Shown here in pieces: positions 49,685 through 59,963 of a stretch of 64,000 nt of DNA. The DNA is from Alphaproteobacteria bacterium (GTDB lineage Bacteria; Pseudomonadota; Alphaproteobacteria; CBCXTS01). The translations under genes were made by a program, and so were the position numbers. Within the stretch, counting starts at the first letter, position 1, and the number at the start of each line of letters is the position of its first letter. The notes beneath the pieces are model-generated. The model was given only the letters and a program-made list of their open reading frames with translations. It searched no databases and was not told the origin of the DNA. The DNA lies in contig CBCXTS010000026.1 of assembly GCA_965178085.1 (NCBI GenBank), forward strand, positions 18,109-82,108, in the 5' to 3' direction.

Positions 49685-51133
49685 TTAAGGTAATTTTAAA
49701 AGCAAACGGACTATTTTTTTTGTTTTTTGTGAAAATAGCTTTGGTGTATAATAGCTACCAGCTACACGCTTAGAAATTTCGCTTAATGTAGGATAAGGAA
49801 AAATACTGCTTGCAACCGAAGCAACTTTGCCAGCGTTGGCAACAACATCAAACCACGGACCAAGAAGCTCTCCAGCGTGGTTGCCTACAATAGTCACACC
49901 TAATACTTGTCCGTTTTTACGACAAATAACTTTGATAAAGCCATGCGTGTCGTTTTCTGCAATGGCGCGGTCATTATCGCCAAAAGGAGTTTGCAATGAT
50001 GTGATATTGCTTTTGCCGAATATGGCAATGGCGTTGGCTTCATTCATGCCAACATGGGCAAGCTCTGGATCGGTATATGTAACCCAAGGTAATGATTTTA
50101 GCGAGACCTTTGCTGGAATACGAAACAATAGATTACGTATAAGGATGCCAGCGTGATAAGAGCTTAAATGAGTAAATTGAGGAGGGCCAGTTACGTCGCC
50201 TGCAGCAAAAATGCAACGATTGCTAGTGCGCAGGCGATTATCTGTTTTAATAGCGTTGTTTTCAATACAAACATTGGCGTGGTCTAACCCGAGTCCATCA
50301 ATAGATGCTGCGCGTCCAGTTGCAATTAAAAGATGACTTGCTGATATTGTTTGCTTGGCATTTTGGCGGCTTTGTAGATCAAGCTTGATATTGTCGCCTT
50401 CTTTGTGGATTTGTAATACATCACGATGGGTTAAAATGGTAACGCCGTCTTTTTCAAGGCTTGCTTGGACTACTGCGCTAGCTTCACGGTCATCATTGTT
50501 AAGGATTTCTGCGTTAGAAATTAAGGTAACTTTGGCTGTCAGTCGTGCAAAAGCTTGTGCCATTTCACAACCAATGGGTCCTGCGCCAATGATGACAATA
50601 TGCTTTGGCAAAACATCAAGTTTAAAGATAGTTTCATTGGTTAAATAATCAACTTGATCAAGGCCAGGAATTGGTGGAACTTTTGGATATGAGCCAGTAG
50701 CAATAATAAAATATTTTGCTTTGATGCGATACGATTTTGTTGCAACGGTTTTAGGGTCGATGAAAGCGCCTGCTTCTTGGATCACTTGCACGCCCATCCT
50801 TTCAAAGCGCTCTACACTATCGTTTGGAGCAATGGTTGCAATTGCATTGTCAACGTGTTTGCGAACGCCTTCCCACATAATGACAGGATCGCTTGTTTGA
50901 ATGCCAAACGCTTTAGCATGCTTAATGTCATGTACTCTTCTAGCAGCAGCTAATAAAGCTTTTGATGGGACACATCCTGTATTGAGACAATCACCACCCA
51001 TCAGGTTTTTTTCAAGCAAAATAACACGAGCACCCATATTGACAGCGCCTGCTGCAATAGAAAGGCCAGCAGAGCCTGCGCCAATAACGCATAAATCGGT
51101 TGTTAGTGAGGTGGTATCGTTAGCTTGTTGCAT
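49685..51133 (-). CDS. Class I pyridine nucleotide-disulfide oxidoreductase (dihydrolipoyl dehydrogenase / mercuric reductase-like)
   Basis: FAD motif VIGAGSAG, redox disulfide GDCLNTGCVPSK, NAD motif IIGAGPIG; C-terminal motif reads YPTLSE instead of HPTLSE. Confidence 0.75.
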   Translation of the reverse strand: MQQANDTTSLTTDLCVIGAGSAGLSIAAGAVNMGARVILLEKNLMGGDCLNTGCVPSKALLAAARRVHDIKHAKAFGIQTSDPVIMWEGVRKHVDNAIATIAPNDSVERFERMGVQVIQEAGAFIDPKTVATKSYRIKAKYFIIATGSYPKVPPIPGLDQVDYLTNETIFKLDVLPKHIVIIGAGPIGCEMAQAFARLTAKVTLISNAEILNNDDREASAVVQASLEKDGVTILTHRDVLQIHKEGDNIKLDLQSRQNAKQTISASHLLIATGRAASIDGLGLDHANVCIENNAIKTDNRLRTSNRCIFAAGDVTGPPQFTHLSSYHAGILIRNLLFRIPAKVSLKSLPWVTYTDPELAHVGMNEANAIAIFGKSNITSLQTPFGDNDRAIAENDTHGFIKVICRKNGQVLGVTIVGNHAGELLGPWFDVVANAGKVASVASSIFPYPTLSEISKRVAGSYYTPKLFSQKTKKIVRLLLKLP

Positions 51134-51172
51134 AGTGTTGTGCCAGCTTAAGAGTTTATTGGCGATGACGGA

Positions 51173-53866
51173 TTAATCTAGTGTACGAATAATAATGTCT
51201 TGCATATTGGTGCTAAGCATATGCTTATCGAGCATTTGTTGCAAGCATTCATGCATTTTATTTTTGCGTGGACCTTTGAAGCGTTTCCACTGGCTAAAAC
51301 AACCCGCCAGTCTTGCTGCAACTTGAGGGTTGAGTTGGTCAAGCTTTAATAATTGTTGGCCCATAAAATCATATCCATCGCCGTTTTCTTGATGAAATAC
51401 CAGTGGGTTTGCAAAAGCAAAGCCACTTAATAATGCGTAGACTTTATTGGGCTTATGCATCGAAAAAGCGCTATCTTGCATTAAACGCTCCATCAGATCA
51501 ACATTGCAAAATTCTGGAGATGTAGATTGGAGGGAAAACCAATGATCAATAACAATTTCATCATGAGCCCATTGCTCATAAAAAGCATCAAGGCGTACTT
51601 GTGATTGATTGCTTAAAGAACCTTTTTTGTTGCTAAAGCGAGTTAATTGGCGTAACGCGCCCAAGCGCACACTCATGTTATCAGCGTTGTCATATGTTTG
51701 ACAAAAAATATCTTCAGCTTGGTCATGGAAAAAAATAAAGCCCATTAAAGCCACCTGCAAAGCACGATGATTGCGCGCGTTTACGTTGTCTTCAAAAGGC
51801 TTTTCGAGGCTTTGATATAAGTCTAAAATTTTATCTTGATAATGCTGATTGGGTGTCTGCCATAATTGCTTAACTGCTTGTGCTATGGCAATAATATCCA
51901 ACTGCTCCATTTGATCCATCAACGAGGTAATGGTTGGCCATTCAAGCAGTTTTGCATGGAATGCTTTGCTTTCATTGCTAGTGTGATGCAAAATTTTGTT
52001 AAAAATGGCGTCGATTAATTGTAAGGCATCGTTGGAGAGGGTGGGTTGAGATTGGTTTGTTGCAAATAAGGTTGTTTGATCCACTGCAAGCTGATGCAAT
52101 GCTTGGTCACTTTGATCCCATAAAACAAAAGGGTCATGCTCATATTTTAATATAAAAACTGGATCAATTGGGGGCACTTGCTGGAGCTTTACAGGTGCAG
52201 AGAATTGTCGATTTAATATGGCAACTGGCATGGTTTGTATGTTGTCAAACACAAAAGATTGGCATTGTTTGCGCCATATCAAAACTAACTCATCATGATC
52301 GTTATAGCTATAGTCACCTTTTGATGGTGTTTGCGTACAAACATTGCCATTGCTATCAAGCAAACGACAAGCAATTGGAATGGGCAAAGCATGGTGGGTT
52401 TTATCTTCAACATTGACGTCAATGACCAAGCGTTGCTGGTTTTCAATATAGCTGCATTTGGCTAATAATTGAGGAGTGCCTGCATGCTCATACCAATTGA
52501 AAAAATCTTTTAACTTTCCATCGCTAACCGATTCCATTGTTGCAAAAAAATCTTCACATGTTGCAGCGCTGCCATCGTGCTTTTGAATATATTGATCCAT
52601 TGCGAGCATAAATTTTGTTTCGCCTAAAATAGTATGCATCATGCGGATTAATTCAGCTCCTTTTTCATAAACGGTTGCTGTATAAAAATTGTCAATTTGG
52701 CGGTATGCTTTTGGGCGTACTGGATGTGCTAGAGGGCTGCTATCTTCTTCAAATTGTGATTTGCGTAGCATTTGAACATCGTCAATGCGTTTAATAGCAC
52801 GGTCTTGTGTGTCGCTGGTAAATTCTTGATCACGAAACACGGTCAAGCCTTCTTTTAATGAAAGCTGAAACCAATCTCGCAATGTAATACGATTGCCTGT
52901 CCAATTATGAAAATATTCATGTGCGATGATAGAGCTAACCAAATCAAATGCTCGATCTGTTGCGCTTTGGTGGTCTACTAATACATATTTAGCGTTAAAA
53001 ATATTTAACCCCTTATTTTCCATTGCACCCATGTTAAAACTGTTGGTTGCAACAATGTTATACATATCAAGATCGCAAGATAGGCCAAAGCGTTTCTCAT
53101 CCCAACGCATGGCATCTTTAAGCGATTGCATTGCATGATGAGCGCGCTCTGACGTACCAGGGTCACAATAGATGCCAAGGGTTACATTGCGCCCATCCAT
53201 TGTCATAAATTGATCTTCTAGATGATCAAACTTTCCACCTGCTAATGCAAATAAATAAGCCGGTTTATAAAAGGGATCTTGCCAGCAAACATGATGGAGT
53301 AAATCGTTGGCTTGTTGACTGTTTTGGGCCAAACTATGATGGCCGTCATTGCTAGATATACGATTGCCATTGGATAGTAAAACCGGATATTGGTTTTTGG
53401 GCGCTGTGATAGAGACATTCCATTTGCTTAAGCAATCGGGCCTATCTGGATAGAAAGTAATTCTGCGAAAGCCATTTGCCTCACATTGTGTACAAAAGAT
53501 GCCATCGGCATAGTATAAACCCTCAAGGCGGGTATTTTGATTGGGAGAAATAGCAACGATTGTTTCAAGCTTAAATGTTGAAGGGACATTTTTAATTAAA
53601 ATGCCATGTTTGCTCAAGACGTATTGATCCGGTGTCAATTCTGTTGCGTTAAGTTTGATTGATTGTAAATCAAGTTCTTCACCGTCTAGCCACATATCAT
53701 TATGTGTTGAATCGGTGCGCTGTACTTGTAATGTTGCCTCAACAATAGTGCGCGCTGGATCAAGCTCAAACAATAATTGCGTATGGATTATCTTAAAAGG
53801 ATAGGGGGCATAATCTGCAAGCTTAATGAGGGGATCAGTTTGTTCAAGAGGGGTGTTATTCATCAA
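51173..53866 (-). CDS. pepN: Aminopeptidase N (M1 family)
   Basis: HEYFHNW...E zinc motif (HExxH+E), GAMEN motif, 897 aa. Confidence 0.9.
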   Translation of the reverse strand: MMNNTPLEQTDPLIKLADYAPYPFKIIHTQLLFELDPARTIVEATLQVQRTDSTHNDMWLDGEELDLQSIKLNATELTPDQYVLSKHGILIKNVPSTFKLETIVAISPNQNTRLEGLYYADGIFCTQCEANGFRRITFYPDRPDCLSKWNVSITAPKNQYPVLLSNGNRISSNDGHHSLAQNSQQANDLLHHVCWQDPFYKPAYLFALAGGKFDHLEDQFMTMDGRNVTLGIYCDPGTSERAHHAMQSLKDAMRWDEKRFGLSCDLDMYNIVATNSFNMGAMENKGLNIFNAKYVLVDHQSATDRAFDLVSSIIAHEYFHNWTGNRITLRDWFQLSLKEGLTVFRDQEFTSDTQDRAIKRIDDVQMLRKSQFEEDSSPLAHPVRPKAYRQIDNFYTATVYEKGAELIRMMHTILGETKFMLAMDQYIQKHDGSAATCEDFFATMESVSDGKLKDFFNWYEHAGTPQLLAKCSYIENQQRLVIDVNVEDKTHHALPIPIACRLLDSNGNVCTQTPSKGDYSYNDHDELVLIWRKQCQSFVFDNIQTMPVAILNRQFSAPVKLQQVPPIDPVFILKYEHDPFVLWDQSDQALHQLAVDQTTLFATNQSQPTLSNDALQLIDAIFNKILHHTSNESKAFHAKLLEWPTITSLMDQMEQLDIIAIAQAVKQLWQTPNQHYQDKILDLYQSLEKPFEDNVNARNHRALQVALMGFIFFHDQAEDIFCQTYDNADNMSVRLGALRQLTRFSNKKGSLSNQSQVRLDAFYEQWAHDEIVIDHWFSLQSTSPEFCNVDLMERLMQDSAFSMHKPNKVYALLSGFAFANPLVFHQENGDGYDFMGQQLLKLDQLNPQVAARLAGCFSQWKRFKGPRKNKMHECLQQMLDKHMLSTNMQDIIIRTLD

Positions 53867-53910
53867 TAGCTCTTTTATAGGGGGTTGTTGGATTTAATAA
53901 GGTTTTGGGG

Positions 53911-54978
53911 TTAACTTGTGCGATTGATACAATAATATGCAAGTTTAGTAAGGTTTTCTCGCATAGGTGTGGGTGGAAAAATCCTTAAGGCGTCTTCTGC
54001 AACTGTTGCAAAATAATGTGCGCGTGCTTGCGTATCTGTAAAAGCATCATGCTTTTTCATCAATGATATAGCGTGTTCTAAGTCTCCAGTTTGGATATTA
54101 TCATCTACAATGGTGCGCTTCCAAAATATGCGCTCTTTTGTTGTGCCGCGCAACCATGCAAGCAATACGGGTAAGGTAACTTTGCCTTCTCTAAAATCAT
54201 CGCCAATTGTTTTGCCAAGCTTTGTTTGATTGGCATCATAATCTAGAATGTCGTCGCTTAATTGAAACGCAATGCCTAAATTGGTACCATATTCGCCAAG
54301 AGCATTTTCATAAGCCTCACCGCTTTCACTAACAATGGCAGGCACTTTGGCAGCAGCAGTAAAAAGGACAGCTGTTTTTGCTGCGATCATTTCCATATAT
54401 TGATTTTCAGATACTTCCAGCGTACGCGTTGTTTGCAATTGCATTACCTCACCTTCTGCTATTCGAGCGGATGCATCGCTTAACAGTTTTAATACGCGTA
54501 ATGAGCCATCGGTGACCATCAATTGAAAGGCGCGTGAAAATAAAAAATCTCCAACAAGTACAGATGCTTGATTGCCCCATATGGTATTGGCGCTGGCTTG
54601 CCCGCGGCGTAAGAGGCTTTCATCAACAACATCATCATGGAGCAAAGTTGCTGCGTGGATAAACTCTACACATGCTGCAAGGCCGATATGGCGTTGGCCA
54701 ACATAATTGCACAAATTAGCCCCTGCAAGTGTCAGCAATGGTCGAATGCGCTTGCCGCCACTGGCAATTAAATGCCCTGCTAATTGTGGGATCATCGAAA
54801 CCGAGCTTTGCATTTGATCAATGATCGTATGGTTTACGCGTGCAAGATCATCTTCAACGATACTTGAAATAGTATGAATGGGTGATAAGTTGCTTGGTTC
54901 AATTGCTTGGTCGTTGGTTGTTTTGTTGATAGGCACGACATTATTCATGATGGGCTCATTAAAGGTAATCTTTATCAA
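53911..54978 (-). CDS. ispB: Polyprenyl diphosphate synthase (octaprenyl-diphosphate synthase-like); N-terminal about 30 aa may be upstream of the true start
   Basis: First DDxxD motif LLHDDVVDES and second motif region SDDILD. Confidence 0.75.
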   Translation of the reverse strand: MIKITFNEPIMNNVVPINKTTNDQAIEPSNLSPIHTISSIVEDDLARVNHTIIDQMQSSVSMIPQLAGHLIASGGKRIRPLLTLAGANLCNYVGQRHIGLAACVEFIHAATLLHDDVVDESLLRRGQASANTIWGNQASVLVGDFLFSRAFQLMVTDGSLRVLKLLSDASARIAEGEVMQLQTTRTLEVSENQYMEMIAAKTAVLFTAAAKVPAIVSESGEAYENALGEYGTNLGIAFQLSDDILDYDANQTKLGKTIGDDFREGKVTLPVLLAWLRGTTKERIFWKRTIVDDNIQTGDLEHAISLMKKHDAFTDTQARAHYFATVAEDALRIFPPTPMRENLTKLAYYCINRTS

Positions 54979-54999
54979 GATTGATGATGCAAACTATTT

Positions 55000-55135
55000 G
55001 AATGCAAGCATTTATATGGGAATTTATATGACATAGTATTACGCGGTTATGGGATATTAATGCAAGGTATTTTATGGGGGTATTTTGTGCAAGGTATTGA
55101 ATGCAAGACATTTATGAGGGCATTTGATGGGTGCT
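55000..55135. repeat. Array of about 5 degenerate direct repeats of the form AATGCAAG(G)-N2-6-TTTATGGG
   Basis: Read directly in the ispB / tRNA-like intergenic region; the 15-mer CTATTTGAATGCAAG recurs at 59775-59789. Confidence 0.5.
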
Positions 55136-55294
55136 CTTAATGGCAGACTATCAAGATAGACATAACTATGTGATATTTAATATTTGCTTAAATTTTAGAT
55201 TTCAAGGAGGATTTTATCTTGCTTTGGCTGGAATGTCATGGTTGAAGGCATGATGGTTATGGGTGATGAAACGATGCTTATATCTTTAAAACAA

Positions 55295-55370
55295 GGGCGC
55301 TTAGCTCAGTTGCTAGAGCAGCTGACTTTTAATCAACGGATCACAGGTTTGAGCCTTTTAGCGCCTACCA
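55295..55370 (+). tRNA. tRNA-Lys(TTT)-like sequence with CCA end but non-canonical D-loop and T-arm (possible pseudo-tRNA or island attachment remnant)
   Basis: Acceptor GGGCGCT/AGCGCCT, D-arm GCTC..AGCA, anticodon loop CTTTTAA; but the D-loop has C where the conserved G19 belongs, the T-loop (TTTGAGC) has T in place of conserved C56, and the T-stem and anticodon stem carry mismatches. Confidence 0.45.
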
Positions 55371-55659
55371 TTGCATGCTTTCAATGTTGTTGTTTTTAAA
55401 AGTCCACCTTAAGAAATGCTGTTTGCAAAGAATATTGTCGATGTCAACTTTATCCTATATTGGTATTGTTTTTAACAAGGGACTTTGCATCATCAAGCTT
55501 TATAAAAATTAATGCATTGCTCAAAGCAAAAAACACTTGAAAAAATAATACAAAAGCAGATATGAATACGTATAAATGTAATAATAGAAAAGCTAGCTTA
55601 CATCATTTAAAAAACTGACTATTATTATCAATGAATATTATGATGGAAAGGATACATCC

Positions 55660-56853
55660 ATGCAATTGGCACAGTCGCTATCAAGATTAGGTACAGAAAC
55701 GGCTTTTCAAGTATCAGCTGGAGTAGAAAGACTAAAACGTGAAGGTCATCACCCAGTTAACCTTGGAGTAGGACAGCCTGATTTTAAAACTGCACCACAT
55801 ATTGTAGAAGCTGCTGTGAAGGCTTTAAGAGATGGTCAGCATGGTTATACTTTGCCACAAGGGATATTGCCTTTGCGTGAAACGGTTAGTCAATTTTTGT
55901 TTAATCGCTATCAAGCCAATGTATCGCCTGAGCATATTATGATTGTGCCAGGGGGTAAGGTTACAATGTTTTTAGCAGCGATGATATTTGGAGAAAAAGG
56001 CAAAGAAATTATTTATCCAAATCCAGGTTTTCCTATTTATGAAAGCGTGATCCGCTATAGCGGCGCAACAGCTGTACCTGTACCGCTTCAAGAAAAAAAT
56101 AACTTTGAGGTTAAGGCCGATGATATTTTATCAAAAATAACGCCTAAAACATCGCTGATTATTTTAAACACGCCATCTAATCCATTAGGCAGTGTGATGG
56201 AAAAGACTGAGATGGATAAGCTTGTTGTGGGGTTAGAAAAATTTCCTGAAGTGGTTTTAATGGTTGATGAAATCTACTCACAGCAAACCTATGATGGGTT
56301 TGTTCACCATAGTATCCTAAATTATGAGCATTTACGCGATAGGGTTATTATGCTTGATGGTTGGTCCAAAACATGGGCTATGACAGGTTGGAGACTTGGG
56401 TTTGGTGTTTGGCCTGCAAAATTAATTGAAAAAGTTGATCATTTTTGCGTTAATATCCATTCATGTGTTAATAGTGCCGCGCAATTTGCAGCAATAGCAG
56501 CAATGGAAGGTCCCCAAGATAGCGTGCATGAGATGGTGGAGATTTTTGACCAACGTAGGCGCCATATTGTAGCAAAACTTAATGCTATGCCAGGAATGAC
56601 ATGTGCTACACCAAAAGGAGCATTTTATGTGTTTCCAAACATATCGGCATTAGGTCAAAATAGCCGTTTTTGGCAAAATAAAATATTAGAAGAAGCCCAT
56701 GTAGGAACCATTGCAGGCACAAGTTTCGGCGCATATGGTGAAGGGTATTTACGTCTTTCATATGCATCATCGATGGAAGATATTGATGAGGCACTTGTGC
56801 GCATTGAAAAGCTTGTTACGCAATATGCAAATGATCATAGCTTAAAACTTTAA
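55660..56853 (+). CDS. Class I/II PLP-dependent aminotransferase (aspartate/aromatic aminotransferase family)
   Basis: About 397 aa, fold-type I aminotransferase blocks, Lys-PLP region near SWSKTWAMTGWRLG. Confidence 0.85.
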   Translation: MQLAQSLSRLGTETAFQVSAGVERLKREGHHPVNLGVGQPDFKTAPHIVEAAVKALRDGQHGYTLPQGILPLRETVSQFLFNRYQANVSPEHIMIVPGGKVTMFLAAMIFGEKGKEIIYPNPGFPIYESVIRYSGATAVPVPLQEKNNFEVKADDILSKITPKTSLIILNTPSNPLGSVMEKTEMDKLVVGLEKFPEVVLMVDEIYSQQTYDGFVHHSILNYEHLRDRVIMLDGWSKTWAMTGWRLGFGVWPAKLIEKVDHFCVNIHSCVNSAAQFAAIAAMEGPQDSVHEMVEIFDQRRRHIVAKLNAMPGMTCATPKGAFYVFPNISALGQNSRFWQNKILEEAHVGTIAGTSFGAYGEGYLRLSYASSMEDIDEALVRIEKLVTQYANDHSLKL

Positions 56854-56898
56854 GCTATTTGGCATCTTACAATTTGGTTGGATTATAATTTTGTTGGA

Positions 56899-58497
56899 TT
56901 AAAATCCTGTTGCCGTGCCATCTTTGCGTGAGTCAGAGCCGCCAATCCAGGTCTGTGGGTTATCTAGATTGCGTATAATGGCTTGCCCACCACCAATAGG
57001 TGATGATGGATATTCAAGCGTGTGTCCGCGATCGCTTAAAGCATCAGCAGTGTCTTGAGAAAAACCAGCTTCTAGCTCTAAGGTATCATCAAATGCAAAC
57101 GCACGCGGAGCATCGATGGCTTCTTGTGGGTCCATGGAAAAATCTACAATATTGCTAATAAAATTTGCATGCCCAGCAGCTTGGTATTGACCACCCATCA
57201 CACCAAATGGGCCAATTAAGTCATCGTCTTTTGTGATCATGGCGGGGATAATTGTGTGCATTGGGCGTTTTAGTGGGGCAATAACATTTGGATGGTCTTT
57301 GGTTAGTTGAAACGAGCGCCCGCGTGAATGGAGTAATATACCAGATTGAGGTGCTGTAATGCCTGAGCCGAAGCTATCGAAAAGAGAATTAATGAACGAA
57401 ACCGCCATACCGTTTTGATCAACTGCAGCCAAATAGATTGTATCAGGATGGGTTGGAAAATCTGTTGGAGAAGAAGGTCCAGCCTTTTTCATGTCAATTT
57501 TTTCGGCAAGCATTTCGATGGTGTTGCTAGATAATAGCCATTCGGTTTTATCGCTAGTGTGTTTTGGATCTCCTAGATGTTGGTCGCGCATTGCATAAGC
57601 AAGTTTGCTTGCTTCTGCAAATAGATGGATACGATCGATCTCGGAAAAGCTTTGTATATTAAAATGTTCTACTATTTTAAGGATCATCAAAGCAACAATA
57701 CCTTGCGAATTAGGAGGGCATTCCCAAATGGTGTAACCGCGATAGTTGGCTGAAATGGGCTGCACAAATTGTGCTTGTGTTGTTGCAAAATCAAAAGGTT
57801 GGTGCAACCCACCAAGCCCTTGTAATGTAGAGATGATGTCATCTGCAATCCAACTTTTATAAAAACCGTCCATGCCATAGGCTGCTATATGGCGATAAGC
57901 GCTTGCTAACCTAGTATTTTGAAATATATCACCAGTTTGATAAGGGTTGCCATCGCGCAAATAAATATCGCTTGTAGCATTGTGGATGGACAGCTTGTCG
58001 CTATGATTGGCCCAATCATGGGCAACGCGGGGATGGACTGCAATACCTTTTTCTGCATAATGAATGGCAGAATCAAACAATTTACTCCATTCAAGGATCC
58101 CAAATCGTTTATGTAATGCCCACCAAGCAGCAACTGCCCCGGGCACTGTCACACTGTGAGGGCTGGTGACGTCAAGTTTTGTAATGCCTAAATCAAACAT
58201 ATGATCAAGTCTTGCGGCTTCAGGTGTGCGTCCAGAGCCATTAATGGCAACTAAATCCGTGTCATCAGATGGCTTGACAAGAGCAAAGCAATCTCCACCA
58301 ATACCGCTCATGTGAGGCTCACCAATTGCTAAAATAGCAGTTGCTGCAATGGCTGCATCAATAGCCGAACCGCCTTGAGAGAGGATATGCAAACCTATAG
58401 AACTTGCAATTGGATGAGAAGTTGCAATCATTGCATTGTCGGCCATAATGCATGAACGACCGGGCAAACTGAAATTACGCATTATATTAATCCTCAA
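56899..58497 (-). CDS. ggt: Gamma-glutamyltransferase-family protein without obvious signal peptide (true start possibly at MADNAMIATSHP, about 58446)
   Basis: GGT N-terminal block ATSHP.AS..G..IL..GG.A.DAA.A ... and catalytic Thr region TT(H)..; homology begins right after the N-terminus so no leader is evident. Confidence 0.8.
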   Translation of the reverse strand: MRINIMRNFSLPGRSCIMADNAMIATSHPIASSIGLHILSQGGSAIDAAIAATAILAIGEPHMSGIGGDCFALVKPSDDTDLVAINGSGRTPEAARLDHMFDLGITKLDVTSPHSVTVPGAVAAWWALHKRFGILEWSKLFDSAIHYAEKGIAVHPRVAHDWANHSDKLSIHNATSDIYLRDGNPYQTGDIFQNTRLASAYRHIAAYGMDGFYKSWIADDIISTLQGLGGLHQPFDFATTQAQFVQPISANYRGYTIWECPPNSQGIVALMILKIVEHFNIQSFSEIDRIHLFAEASKLAYAMRDQHLGDPKHTSDKTEWLLSSNTIEMLAEKIDMKKAGPSSPTDFPTHPDTIYLAAVDQNGMAVSFINSLFDSFGSGITAPQSGILLHSRGRSFQLTKDHPNVIAPLKRPMHTIIPAMITKDDDLIGPFGVMGGQYQAAGHANFISNIVDFSMDPQEAIDAPRAFAFDDTLELEAGFSQDTADALSDRGHTLEYPSSPIGGGQAIIRNLDNPQTWIGGSDSRKDGTATGF

Positions 58498-58628
58498 GAA
58501 TCCAGATATTGAAAAAATCGTTGGATCATCATTATAGGCTAAAAGAAGTATAATATCCAGTAATGGACATTGCTTTTTGTGATATATTTATCTACAAACT
58601 TTTAAAAGATATCTTCTAGCAAACATAT

Positions 58629-59768
58629 ATGTATGACAGAAAGGTAAAGCTCATGGATAAAATTTCAAATAATATTCCACCTACAATGAAAGCTTTTTTA
58701 TTGAAAGGTCATGGAGGGTTTGATCAATTGGTGCTTGAGCAAATAGCTACGCCTGTCATTAAGGACAATGATGTATTGATTAAAGTAGGTGCATGTGGGC
58801 TTAATAACACCGATATTAATACGCGCACTGGCTGGTATTCTAAAACAGTAGAAGAAGGCACAACAGGATCTAACCTTGAAAGTGCAAAAAATGAGGATTC
58901 AAGCTGGGATGGAAACGACATCCAACTACCAAGAATTCAAGGCGCAGATATTGTTGGACATATTGTAGCATTAGGCAAGCATGTTGATGGTGGGCTGTTA
59001 GGAAAGAGAGTTTTGGTTGAGCCGTGGTTGCGTAATTTTGGCCCTAACGGTGAAAATGATGCATGGGGATATCTTGGCTCAGAGTGTGATGGAGGCTATA
59101 GCCAATATACAGCTATTGACCATCGTCAGGTATATCCAATTGATAGTTCCTTATGCGACAGTGAGCTTGCAACATTTGCCACCTCGTATGTCACAGCTGA
59201 AAATATGATCAGCCAAGCCAATGTAGGTCCAAAAGACAAGGTGCTCATTACGGGGGGCTCAGGAGGGGTTGGCTCAGCACTCATCCAACTATGTCAAAGG
59301 CGAGGTGCAACTGTTATTGCCATGGCAAGCAGCGCAAAGCATGCTGCAATGGAGCAAATCGTCAATCCAGATTTTCTATTGCCTAGATCTTGCCCCAATT
59401 TATGCAAAACTTTAAAAGAAACAACAGGATCTGAGCAAGTTGACGTTGTGTTGGATGCTGTGGGGGGTGAAATGTGGCCGCAATTGATTGATGCATTAGC
59501 ACGCTTTGGACGTTATAGCTGTTCAGGTGCAATTGCTGGGCCCATTGTACGGTTTGATTTGCGTAGGTTTTATCTCAACAATCTTGTTTTTACAGGGGCA
59601 ACGATTGTACCATTTGGTATGTTTGGAAATTTGGTAAGCTATATCGAGCATAGTGAGATTAAACCTTTGCTTGCCAAAACATACAAGTTTGAAGATCTGC
59701 ACATAGCCCAGCAAGATTTTATTGATAAAAAACATATAGGTAATCTTGTTATTGATATGAACGCTTAA
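58629..59768 (+). CDS. Zinc-type alcohol dehydrogenase / quinone oxidoreductase (MDR superfamily); start may be internal (MKAFLLKG.. about 58686)
   Basis: MDR GroES-like domain then Rossmann GGSGGVGSALIQL. Confidence 0.75.
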   Translation: MYDRKVKLMDKISNNIPPTMKAFLLKGHGGFDQLVLEQIATPVIKDNDVLIKVGACGLNNTDINTRTGWYSKTVEEGTTGSNLESAKNEDSSWDGNDIQLPRIQGADIVGHIVALGKHVDGGLLGKRVLVEPWLRNFGPNGENDAWGYLGSECDGGYSQYTAIDHRQVYPIDSSLCDSELATFATSYVTAENMISQANVGPKDKVLITGGSGGVGSALIQLCQRRGATVIAMASSAKHAAMEQIVNPDFLLPRSCPNLCKTLKETTGSEQVDVVLDAVGGEMWPQLIDALARFGRYSCSGAIAGPIVRFDLRRFYLNNLVFTGATIVPFGMFGNLVSYIEHSEIKPLLAKTYKFEDLHIAQQDFIDKKHIGNLVIDMNA

Positions 59769-59963
59769 GCCAAGCTATTTGAATGCAAGGGCACTATTTG
59801 GACATGCCAAAGGTCTTTCTATAAGCATTGATAATATAACCATCAAAGTTGAGGCCGCAAATGGGCTTAAGATAGAATCTATATGGGCTAGTAGATATTG
59901 CCCGTTGTAGTGGGCCATGATATTAAAAAGTGAACAATGATATTACGCTTTAAATGCGTGTTA

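Noticed and set aside
55204-55245. Strong AAGGAGG Shine-Dalgarno followed by TTG and an 8-codon ORF just upstream of the tRNA-like element
   Set aside because: Too short, and no conservation evidence. Possibly chance, and at most a leader peptide. Not reportable as a gene.
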